From: Moniliella sp. 'wahieum'
Taxonomy: Eukaryota
Length of the DNA: 24,437 nt
Assembly: GCA_003971905.1 (NCBI GenBank)
Contig: RSEE01000078.1
Span: 310,001 to 334,437 of the forward strand
Reading direction: 5' to 3'
Shown here: piece by piece, positions 1 through 10,337 of the stretch
How positions within the stretch are numbered: position 1 is the first letter of the stretch
How the letters are laid out: the number at the start of each line of letters is the position of its first letter
Notes under the pieces: generated by a model
The model's database searches: none
What the model was told of the DNA's origin: nothing
What the model saw: the letters and a program-made list of their open reading frames with translations, nothing else
Made by a program: the position numbers and the translations under genes

Positions 1-112
1 CAGCGTACCCACCTCCTAGCCAATTATACATTGATCCGATAATCGATCATCATTGAATATTGACACCACTAATCAAATGTGGAATTCAACGTACCCAGTA
101 TTCAGTAACGAC

Positions 113-129
113 GAACTAGTAACTAGTTC
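113..129. repeat. Inverted repeat GAACTAGT-A-ACTAGTTC, which is also tandem AACTAGT x2
   Basis: Read directly: 8-bp arms with a 1-nt spacer. Confidence 0.9.
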
Positions 130-216
130 CTACTCAATTGTGCATGATGCCTGTCGAGGACCCCGTCCGCTTTTCTTGGCAGCGACGCCATAGATTGTGA
201 ACTCGCGCAGTGCTCG

Positions 217-275
217 CACTCGTTCACGAGTCACGAGTCACTAGTCCTAGCCACTAGTCACTAGTCACTCGTCAC
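217..275. repeat. Degenerate heptamer tandem array (CACGAGT/CACTAGT/CACTCGT), about 8 units
   Basis: CACTCGT(t) CACGAGT CACGAGT CACTAGT CCTAGC CACTAGT CACTAGT CACTCGT CAC, read directly. Confidence 0.9.
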
Positions 276-361
276 CACGACTGGTGGCATGTGGCATTTG
301 ACGACAGATGTCACACATGTCAAGCAATGTGTCATACATCGTAGCCGATTCTTGAGCGTGT

Positions 362-379
362 GATAATCGATCGATTATC
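362..379. repeat. Perfect 18-bp palindrome GATAATCGATCGATTATC containing two inverted GATAA motifs
   Basis: Base-by-base reverse-complement symmetry. Related units occur at 37-50 (CGATAAT CGATCAT) and 441-454 (CGATTAT CGATTAA). Confidence 0.9.
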
Positions 380-953
380 GAGATTATCTGTGTCTCGTGT
401 CTGCGGGGGGGGGGGGGCGGACAAGGTCTCTCGGGAACGACGATTATCGATTAAATCTCAAGTAACTACGGTAATTGTAAGGGAAACGAATGCCCCGCAT
501 GAGTCTAGTTCGTGGCTGAGCTTTGGCCGTTCATGAGCTCCACGGACTGCACGGATCGGAGGCATGTGGGTGCATCTGGTCGAATACGTGCTCTGCGGTC
601 CAATTAAGCGCCCACATGCTGAGCCGCGATGGGGTGGCGATGATATCGGAATGATCAGCGATCAAGGCTTACTAATGCGAGGCCGAGGCCAACAAGGCTG
701 CCTGCCCACACACACCACAACAAAGTGCCTGCCTTGCCGTCAATACCCGTGCCTAGCCTCGGCCAGCGGGGGGCGGATGGTAGACCGAGGAGTGCCAGGC
801 GCAGCTGCGTATCGCCGCTGATGCACGGATGCATATCAATATCACCGCGCACATTGCTTGGGTGCGTGGGAGGGGGGCGGTGGCTTGTGCGGGCTCGGAT
901 ATGGGATGGGCGGCCGAGTGCCCAGTCTTGGCATGCACGTCGCGCTGTCATGC

Positions 954-974
954 ACATGCGTGTCACACGCATGT
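954..974. repeat. Inverted repeat ACATGCGTGT-C-ACACGCATGT
   Basis: 10-bp perfect arms with a 1-nt spacer. Confidence 0.9.
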
Positions 975-1279
975 CCCACACCCCCCCGTCACATAGTGAC
1001 AGTTCCGATCTAACCCGGCCCGAACAGGCTACCCCACAACAAGACCAGCGAGCGATGATCCGTCAGCTCCCGACCGGTGACCAGTGGCGGGGGTTCCTGT
1101 GAAGCTGTGCTGGTGTGGCAGGGGTGGCCAGGGACCAGGGGCACCTGGAGGGGGGGCTAGGAACTAGGAACAGAGGGGCGTTGAAGTTGTTTGAATCTTC
1201 TCCATGCTGTTACATATCAGTGGCCCTGCTACATATCATTGGCACAGCTTGAGGCAACGCTACGCCTAAAAGGACCTGC

Positions 1280-2240
1280 TCATCCGGTGGTGTTGCTCGT
1301 TGGCGCCACACACCCGTTAAAAGAACAGAGGAACGTGAGAGGAACCGTCAGCAGAGCAGGACCCTCTCTCGCACCCTTCATCCGTTTCCAAACACGAGGT
1401 AGCGTGCGGCGATATACGGGTGAATGTGGTAGACATCCGAGCGGTGAACGTTGAATCATCTCCATCGCGACTCGGTAGTTAATTCCTTCCAATGCCCTAT
1501 GATCATGCTCGCCGTTTTGTCTTGTGACATTGTATCCTCGCGTCATCAATATCAGCAGCGGGGGAAGAAGAGTTCTTGGATGCGGCCCTGGTAATACTTT
1601 TCGTGGCGCGTTCTTGTCGAATTCTGCTTGTTCCACAACAGCTGAGGAACGCCACAGAGGGTACGGAGCTGGATTGTCGGTGAGCCGAAGGCACACTGCT
1701 GATGGGATCGAGGAGAGTCAGGTGTGGTTGAGCGCATTGCTGTGCTCGACATTGCGACCGTCGGCATCGTCGAATTTGTTGAGCAGTTCTTGCCGGCTCT
1801 CGTCTCCCACATCTCCCGACAGAGCGCTTGCACTGCATCGTAAATGTGGGTTCGTCGTGCGTGCTTCTCCAAGCGGGCAAGAAAAGCGGCAATAAGATAC
1901 TCGTTGCCCTCTCATTGGCCGCAGTACGTGTGGGGGGGGGCAATACACAGTAGGGTCATGAGCATGTCAAAGTGATCCTCTTTCGTACCTTGGGCGTTCT
2001 GACTTCATCGCCTCGGATCAGTCTGAAATCTGTGAAGATGAACATGAATACGTCAATCTCGGCTAACACGTCATCCAGATTTCCCTCGCTCTGCATGCTG
2101 CGGAGCAGAGGGTACAGCATTTTCTTGAGTACCGTACCATCATAGTAATAGGTGCCTCTCTTGCGGAAGGGTGATGCCATCAAACTATTGTTGGGCATAT
2201 GTCTTTCTGCCTCAGGCTGCCCAACTTGGCTCGGGACCAC
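1280..2240 (-). other. Possible fragmented coding region of unknown family (orphan gene or degenerate element)
   Basis: Successive minus-strand ORF pieces read like protein (KRGTYYYDGTVLKKMLYPLLRSM...LAEIDVFMFIFTDFRLI; EGNEYLIAAFLARLEKHARRTHIYDAVQALCREMW; SRQELLNKFDDADG; LLILMTRGYNV...EGINYRVAMEMIQR). No family motif recognised and boundaries are uncertain. Confidence 0.3.
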
Positions 2241-2896
2241 GATACGATCGGCTACGATCCTCCCCCCACAATAAGCAAGTACCTAGGACTTCGATCTATC
2301 CTCCCGAATTTGGTACGGGTCACGTTCGACACATTTGCGCAGGTTGAGTGCGAGAGGCCAGATGTGTCATAGTTTGGCTGGTCTCGCTCCCATTTCCAAT
2401 TTCTTCGTCTCGAGCGTCTCGCTCCTTCCCTGTTTTCTTGCACTTCGCACCATGTCCTCTGTCCTTGCTTCTTCCCCACGAACGATTGCTACACCCCTTG
2501 TTGGCCTAGTCCGATTCTGGTCTCCCTCGTCTTAGCACCGACTGTGAGACAAGATGTGTCTTCCTCTAAAATCTCCGCAGCTCGGGGGCGGTAATGCCTT
2601 TACCTCCCTGTCTCTTTTCCGAAAATGCGATGTCGTCTATATAGATGAACAGGGGAGGGAAGGAAGATGGGATGAAGGGAACAGATGATAAAATACCTAG
2701 TTAGTACATACTAGTTCAACCCAGCTACAGATAACCTCAACGCAGTCAACAACTTTTGGGGCATGCGGTTCATCATGCGAATAAGAGTTTTTCCATGTCT
2801 CGAAGAGAAGACAATGAACTTCGAGGGAAGCAGCACAGTAGCGTGTGGCGTAAATCTTTTATGTGTGTAAACCCATGCGTTCCTCTTCTCGCATCG

Positions 2897-3761
2897 TCAA
2901 CCCTGTTGGCGTTGGCCCGAGTCATAAGAGGCCAAAGCCTCTGCCAGTTCCTCGAGGTGCGTTTCGAAAAGCTCATTGCGGCCCTTGAGCCAAACCAGGA
3001 GATCTACCGCTTGGTACAGGACCGCCGCCTTGGACCCCTCCTTTCCCCCTGCACTGCCACCGCGGCCACGACCCGGGCCCTGAAGGGGGTGGAATCCATT
3101 GCTGGTCAGCCTACAATACAATAATCATCTTTGACATGCATACCTGGAAACAAGCGGATTTGCACGCACTCGTTTCTTTCCCCCACCGCGGCCAGGCAGG
3201 CGTGGGGGAATGGCCAACGTCTCCAACACTTCCAGGTCTGGATCACTTCCCTGAACCAGGTGCAGAATTAGCTCCGACTCTTCGTTGTCCAACCAATTGT
3301 CCCCGACTTCCAAGTCTACGCCTGTCCCGGCGGCCGAGGCATGCCCAGCGATCGCGCTCCATACGCTCTCCCCAGCTGCAACAGTTCGCTCACTTCTTCG
3401 AGACCGCGACGGATGTTCTCGCGGAGCAGGTGGGATCGCGTTGGGTGCAAACCCTTGCTATCTTCCATTGCCTCTTCTTCTCCCTTTCCCTGTGGGTCGA
3501 GTCTGGTTGATCGCAGCTCGCTTCTGCTGGCAGGGAGGCACAGTTGGCCGAACCAAGCTGTGGCGCCTGCACACAAAGTTCGTCCAGCGGCGAGGGGCGC
3601 AACTTCGGAGTACCTGGGTGCGATGGCACCAAAACAGTAGATGAGATAGGCGTATTTGTGCCAAGAACAGTAGGCGTATATGCCTCTGACCAGGCCTCAA
3701 CCGAGTCGAACAAACCGTTCGGCGCGCGACCGGACTTGCCGTTAGCGCCCATATAGTTCAT
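2897..3761 (-). CDS. bHLH transcription factor with a very long loop; frameshifted in this assembly; one intron
   Basis: ATG at 3761. Basic/helix-1-like segments HREREKKR and RENIRRGLEEVSELL. Helix 2 GSKAAVLYQAVDLLVWLKGRNELFETHLEELAEAL fits the bHLH helix-2 pattern SKAxIL..A...I..L. Frameshifts inferred near 3453, 3338 and 3079. Confidence 0.7.
3080..3143 (-). other. Spliceosomal intron (64 nt) in the bHLH gene
   Basis: GTATGC donor, GCTGAC branch point, TTCAG acceptor. Splicing removes an in-frame stop. Confidence 0.75.
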
Positions 3762-4345
3762 TCTGTTGTGTGCGCTACATTATTGTTGTTGTGACTGTCA
3801 TCCTGAATCGATGGTTCGAGGGGCCTGTTCTCTTTTGTCTGTATATGTCTCATAGGGCGCGTTGACGCTTCCCTCCCGCACTGCACTCTCATCGCTATCA
3901 ACTCCTGTTGCATTTTATAATAGCGACGTGTGATGTCTTCTCATTTCTCTTCACGCCAACAACATTCGGAATCCGAACAAGTCTATACTCCATAGACTGA
4001 CCTTCGGCCACCATGATATCTGAGATCTAACATCTGACAAGCCGTCAGAGCGTCAACGTTCAACGTTCAACTGACCTATCGTTGGTCACCGTGCCCCGGT
4101 TCGGATGGCGTCGCACTTGCGCAGACGGTGCTGCACCAAAAGGAATACGAAAGAAGCCGGCGCGGGGTTTAATTTTGCGTCAGAGCCCGCGGAAACGCCG
4201 GAAGGCCGTAATTAATGAGAGGGGCGGAATTAGACAAGCTTCGGGCATAGTTGAGGCCGCCTGTCTACTGTGCACAACTATCGAGGGGGTCGCACGCCTT
4301 CCTACACCCCCACACCACCTTCTCTGCACCTGTCTTGCCGCTACT

Positions 4346-6740
4346 ATGCTCCTGCTCCTGCGACGGCCCGTCGTGCACATGGGTGTTACCACTCCCACGC
4401 GTGGGCTGCGCACTGCTGCACGCTCCTTGCCTTTTTCCGCACGCCCCCCATCCCATCCATCCCTTGCTGCCTGGGCCCCCACTGGCGCTTCCCTCGTGTC
4501 GAGCACACGTGTCCCCCAGCAGATCCGCCACTATGCGTCCGAGCCCAACAAGGACGACAAGAAAGAGCCGGCGGACAAGGAGAAAGGCAAAGAGGAAGAC
4601 CGCCTCGAGGCCGAGATACGCTCGTTCTTTGAGCGCCGTCGCTCGAATCGCGACGGGAAGGAAGCCAAGCCTTCTTCCGACGAGGCAGATGAGCAGGATC
4701 GTCCATCTCCGCGTAAGCCGCGACGAGAAGGCGGAAACGGAGACTCGAACAACAAGACTGAATTCGAGTTTAGCATCAACACCAACAAGGTGCTTCTCAC
4801 CATTGTGCTTACCTACGTTTTTTACCGCCTCACCTCGCCCGACCTGGGCGCCCGCGAGATTACCTGGCAAGAGTTCCGCACTTCGTTCCTTGACAAGGGT
4901 CTGGTGGATCGCTTGGTCGTCGTGAACCAGTCCCAAGTGCGCGTCTACCTGCGTGATGGGACGTCCCCCAGCGGTCCGGGCAGCCATTCGAGTGCTCCTG
5001 CCCAATACTGGTTCTCCGTCGGTTCAGTTGAGGCATTTGAACGGCACGTGGATGAAGCACAGAGGCAGCTTGATATTCCAGAGAGTGAGCGTATTCCCAT
5101 TGCCTACCATGAGGAGGTGGGGGTATTTAACACGCTCTTGCACTTTGCCCCCACCCTGATGCTTGCTGGTCTGATGCTCTGGATGACCCGTCGTGCTGTG
5201 GGCGGGATGGGCGGCGGCGGGCCGGGAGGAATGTTTGGGATGGGCAAGTCGCGTGCCAAGCTCTACAACCAAGAAAATGATGTCAAAGTGCGCTTCAAGG
5301 ATGTGGCTGGCATGGACGAAGCCAAGGAGGAGATTATGGAGTTTGTCAATTTCCTCAAGCACCCTGAACGGTACGAACGGCTGGGCGCCAAGATTCCTCG
5401 TGGTGCTATCCTCTCTGGTCCTCCGGGCACGGGTAAGACACTTCTTGCTAAGCTACGGCGGGCGAGGCTGAGGTTCCCTTTTTGAGTGTATCGGGATCTG
5501 AGTTTGTGGAAATGTTTGTGGGGGTGGGTCCGTCCCGTGTGCGGGACATGTTTGCCCAAGCCAAAAAGATGGCGCCCGCCATCATTTTCGTCGACGAAAT
5601 TGACGCCATTGGCAAGGCTCGTGGCAAGGGCAACTTTGGCGGGAACGATGAGCGGGAGAGCACGCTCAACGAGCTCTTGGTTCAGATGGATGGGTTTGAC
5701 ACGAACGAGCATGTTGTGGTTCTGGCCGGTACAAATCGTCCGGATGTGTTGGATCCTGCCCTCCTTCGCCCAGGCCGTTTTGATCGACACATTGCTATTG
5801 ACCGGCCGGACATTTCTGGCCGCCTGGAGATCTTCAAGGTGCACCTCAAGCCTATTAAGCTCAGTCCCGATCTCGATCCCGCGCTGCTGGCCGAGAAGCT
5901 GTCGACGTTGACACCTGGGTTTAGTGGTGCGGATGTGGGTAACGTGTGCAACGAGGCGGCACTCATTGCTGCTCGCAAGCACTCGGATACCGTTGAGGAG
6001 GCGCACTTTGAGCAAGCTATTGAACGGGTCATTGCCGGGTTGGAGCGCAAGAGCCGAGTGTTGAGCCCCGAGGAGAAGAAGACGGTGGCGTATCACGAGG
6101 CTGGCCACGCCGTCTGTGGCTGGTTCCTCGAACACGCCGATCCTTTGCTCAAGGTGAGCATCATCCCACGTGGTGTGGGCGCGTTGGGCTACGCCCAGTA
6201 CCTGCCCAAGAGAAATTTCTCTTCTCGACCGAGCAGTTGACGGACCGGATGTGCATGACCCTCGGTGGCCGGGTGAGCGAAGAAATCTTCTTCGGCTCCA
6301 TCACCACGGGTGCACAAGACGACCTGTCCAAGATTACCAAGATGGCCTATGAGATCTGCGCGACCTACGGGATGAACAAGATCCTCGGCCCCATTTCTTA
6401 CCGTCAAGATCAGGACACGCAGCAAAAGCCGTACTCGGAAAAGACCAACGAGACCCTGGACAATGAGGTGCGGAAGATGGTCGTCGCGGCTCACGAACGA
6501 ACTACGCGGCTCCTAACGGAACATAAGGCGGATGTGGAGAAAGTGGCCAAGCTGCTACTGGAAAAGGAGGTGATCACCCGGGAGGATATGCGTCTTGCAC
6601 TGGGTCGGCGGCCATTCAAGACGGCCGACGAGGCGGATGCCTACCTGGACAAGAAGTTGGGCGAGAAGTTGGCTCCGCCACCGCCTCCGTCTGACTACGG
6701 GGAGCCGGGTCTGGCGACCAAGACGACCAACCTGGACTGA
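4346..6740 (+). CDS. AFG3: Mitochondrial m-AAA metalloprotease subunit (FtsH family, AFG3/YTA12/AFG3L2 type)
   Basis: Arg-rich presequence, two TM segments ([26 protein letters not shown]), [18 protein letters not shown], Walker A GPPGTGKT, Walker [31 protein letters not shown], zinc motif [13 protein letters not shown]. Adding one base at about 5451 and 6209 restores LLAKATAGEA and YLPKEKFLFS. Confidence 0.95.
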
Positions 6741-7146
6741 GTGCTACTATCTAGGGCCATCACGAGGCTCACCCACCGCTCGCAATACCTCACACTACTA
6801 ATTCAGAACATCACCTTTTCCAGGAGACCACCGAGGGCATTGGTGAGGGTATTGTAGCGACGCCCTGGTCCACTCGGCTATAGAGACCGCAATGGATGCT
6901 GAAGCGTTTGGGATAATAGCGTAGGCTATCGATTGCGGGCGAGAGATAGGCGTTGGTGGTAGGAAACAGCAAGGGATACAGGCGTTGGCTTACGCTGGTA
7001 CGCGCGCATCAGCAGTCTTCGGAGCCCGCGGAGCCTCGGGGCTAATGAGGCTGGAAGTGCACCGCGATCTCGGTGAAGCCAGTCACCGTCGCAACAGTGT
7101 ACCACTACTTACGTAGTTACTTTTTGGTAGGTAACCGGGGTAATCC

Positions 7147-7182
7147 GTAACCGGTAACCGGTAAGGCCTAAGGCTTAGGCCT
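7147..7182. repeat. GTAACCG x2 tandem followed by the inverted repeat AGGCCTAAG-G-CTTAGGCCT
   Basis: Read directly. Inverted repeat spans 7164-7182; another GTAACCG is at 7131. Confidence 0.85.
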
Positions 7183-7811
7183 ACGCGCTACGGCCCAACC
7201 GCGAACAACAGAAGACGTTAGAGATACGTGTTTCTAACGCCGTAACGAAATTGGTCACCTTCCACTAGGATGTCAGGGACATCAATATTCACTGCCATTC
7301 TCCCCATAATCGGCCCTTAGATCTAAAGGATGTTAATGTGTTCAAATGTCGCGACAACGCCGATTAATGGTCATGTCGTCAATGCTGTCGTCAGTATAAC
7401 GATTAGTACTACGCTAGCCCCGTTGGCCGCCCCAAGCGCGCAGTGCGCAACATTTTGGTATCGGATTCTCTGTTATCGACTAATCATTAATCACGTATCC
7501 CCCCTTTCAGGCCAAGGCCCGAGGGAGGCACAATCGCGAGTCTGGAGAGGGCAAGCTGCGGTTCTGAGCCAGCATAGGGCAACAGGCGCGGCCCGCCAAG
7601 TCACTAGTTCAGCTGTCTGAGCCGCCGTCGGCTGACGCGCTGACGCGTCACACACGGAGCTCTGAAGCTGAAGGAACGCTGAGCACTATTTGAAATTCAC
7701 TACTTTATACTCCCCTCCTACTCAACTCTTGGCCAGCGTAAGGCCACACTCCATCCACTTTCCTGGCTGCTTTTATCGCTCTTCCATCACCTTTCCCCAC
7801 ACACTATCGCC

Positions 7812-10337
7812 ATGTCCGTCAACTCGCGGGGCCAGTTCTCCGCTCCCGGTAGCGTGCCCCGTGATTATGGTCTGCTCCAGGCGCCGAGAACTACCCTTAG
7901 ACCGTTCCATGGTCCGGACGACAGCCTCGCCCAGTCCGACGAGGCCGCTGAACAGGGTGAGCTAGACGAAGCTCGGCGGGCGGTCGAGCGGTATTCCCAG
8001 TCAGGCTCTGTTTGACCCGCACTTTACGCCCACTGCGCCGTTAAGTGATGTGGGACATGCCCTTCATCGTGCTCGACGCCCCTGATCAACACCCATCCCA
8101 CCTTGCTCCACCCGGTCATGGCCATGATGGGGCCAGCATTGCCCCCTCAGCCAGTGCGAGCAGCCGCGAATCTTCGGTTGAGCGAAACAGGCGTTCCTAT
8201 GGAACTCATGCCCAACCTATGGTGATGCCTGCAGGGCGGGGCCGAGAGCATCCGCCCCCACAAGGCGGCAGTTTCCGCTCTTCCTTTTTGAGCGCCAGCC
8301 ACAGCCCGGGCGCTTCGAGCATCACGAGGAGGTACCGCGAGATGATCCTCGGTGGCGAACCCAACCCGCCTCCGATTGAGCAGGTACAGCAACAGTACCT
8401 TCAACAGCACTACCCCCCGGCCAATTGCCCCCCGAGGGATCGGCGACGGGTGCTGCCCATCACCGGGCATCGTGCGCCGCCGCAGCTCATTCCAGCAGCG
8501 ACTCGGTGGAATGGGTGCACCCATCTCCGAGCGTCGCTGGTCCCGCAGCAGCAACGAAGTTATTCCACGCCCGGCCGATGTGGCTCAGACCAAGCAACAG
8601 ATCCGCCGCTCCAGCATTGCACCTACTGACGTTGAGCGGGTAGGTGGCCATGCTCATGAGCGCACGCCACTTGTGTCTGACGCGCCCACGCCTTCGTACG
8701 GCGGTGCTGCGCCTTCCCCCGTTGTGCCCAATGGCCAGGGCGCGAAACCCACTTCTTCGAGACCTGATGCAACGGAAGACGCCGAATCGGTCACGTCGTC
8801 AGACGAATCTTTATCCCAAGCAATCCCTGGCCCTGGGGCCGCTAGAGAAGAAGCCAAGACATTGGCGTGGTACACTGCACCCATCTTGGGAACTCATTTG
8901 CTTGAGCTGTCGCTCAGCGTGGTGACCGTCTTTGCCATCGGACATCTTGGCACAACTCGTACGCATCTCCATTCTACTTGTTTGACGGGATCGAGGGATC
9001 ATGGACTGACACTGCTGAAATATCTGCCATTCAGAACTGGCTGCCGCCTCTCTTGCTTCCATGACGGCTAACGTGACCGGCTTCTCTATTATTTCCGGTT
9101 GGGTTTCTGCCCTCGATTCGCTCTTACCTGCGGCTTATAGCTCTCCTCACCCGCACACAGTGGGCATTTGGACCCAACGCATGTGCATCCTAATCGTCCT
9201 CCTTATCCCGATCATCATCACTTGGCTCAACACTGAACGACTTCTACTTGCTCTGAGGCAAGACCCTGAAGTGTCCGCGCTGGCGGCGCGGTACTCGAAG
9301 TACTTTCCCTTGCTCTCCCTGCCTTTGGTGGGTTCGAAATCATTCGTCGCTACCTCCAAGCATTGGGTCTTTTCCATGCACCCACCATCGCTGTCGCCGT
9401 GGCTTCGGCATTCAATGTACCCGCGCAGATCCTACTGGTCTACGGACCAGACCGGATCCGACTGGGTTTTATTGGTGCGCCAGTGGCCAGTGTGCTGTCC
9501 TACTACATCATGCTTGTTTTTGGTTTGTTCCAATGCTGGGTGGCCCCTCGCGATGCGTGGCAAGGCCTCACGCGTAAAGCGCTTGAGGTCAAGGGTTTGG
9601 TCGATGTTTGGAGTCTCGGTCTCTCATCGACGATCGCGATGGCAGCCGAGTGGTGGGCATGGGAGGTGGCGAATCTCATGTCATCCATGCTGGGAACGTC
9701 GGCGCTGGCGGCGCAGTCTGTACTGCTGGTTACTTGCAGCCTGACGTATCAACTACCGCTTAGTGTCAGTGTCGCATCGGCGGTGCGGATCGGTAATCTA
9801 CTGGGTGCCAACCAGCCTTACTGGGCTGCCCTCTCCACCCGTACTGCTATGGTAGGCGCATTAGTTTGCGGCCTGCTCAATTCCTCGGCGATGATTCTGT
9901 TCCGGAACCAGTGGGGGTGGATGTTCTCCTCTGACCCCAAACTAGTGGCGATGATTGCAACGATTATGCCCTACGTGGGCGCGTTCCAGATTGCCGACGG
10001 GATCTGTGGTGTCGGCGCCGGTATCCTCCGTGGCAGCGGACGGCAGAGCAAGGGCGCGGTGATCAACCTCTTTGCCTACTACGTGGTTGGATTGCCCATT
10101 GGCGGCGCGTTGATGCTCTATGCGGATTGGGGGTTGCAGGGAATTTGGCTTGGCTTGTGGATCGGTCTCATGGTGGGTGCCACTGGATTTATTGTGCTCA
10201 TCCTCCGCACCGACTGGGGGAGCGAAGCGGAGGGCGTGCTAGCCCGAATGGCGGAAGATGTGGGGTCGGAGGCTGAAGCTGAGGCTTGTGCGGAAGATGA
10301 GCTGGAGGAGGAGGTGCGTTCGATTTCCAGGGAGTAA
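7812..10337 (+). CDS. MATE family (multidrug and toxic compound extrusion) transporter, ERC1-like, with a long disordered N-terminus
   Basis: Spliced sequence GHLGTT|QLAAASLASMTANVTGFSII...ALDSL; AEWWAWEV; ASAVRIGNLLGA; FQIADG...GILRGSGRQ..GAVINLFAYYVVGLPIG; WGLQGIWLG. Frameshift at about 9294 is clear; others near 7990, 8080 and 8420 are probable, so the N-terminal part is less certain. Confidence 0.92.
8959..9034 (+). other. Spliceosomal intron (76 nt) in the MATE gene
   Basis: GTACGC donor, CTGAC branch point, TTCAG acceptor. Splicing restores the frame to the ATG at 9061. Confidence 0.9.

Noticed and set aside
217..275. Heptamer array as a CRISPR array or telomeric repeat
   Set aside because: No spacers, units far too short, eukaryotic context, and no TTAGGG-like strand-biased tract.
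564..1454. Short overlapping ORFs on both strands
   Set aside because: Arg/Cys/Trp-rich random-like composition, no motifs, and embedded in palindrome-rich intergenic DNA.
1..4000. Intact transposon or LTR element at the left end
   Set aside because: No recognisable transposase, reverse transcriptase or integrase motifs, and no long terminal direct or inverted repeats seen.
4082..4345. N-terminal extension of AFG3 from a TTG start
   Set aside because: Non-ATG start in promoter/UTR sequence. The presequence begins at ATG 4346.
4265..6135. Long antisense ORFs (246 aa and 290 aa) opposite AFG3, and similar ones opposite other genes
   Set aside because: Expected shadows of GC3-rich codon usage with no independent motifs.
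5445..6215. Programmed -1 ribosomal frameshifting in the m-AAA protease (both shifts follow AAG)
   Set aside because: No X XXY YYZ slippery heptamer at the shift points, and the same short-run contractions occur in all genes regardless of context. Sequencing error is more parsimonious.
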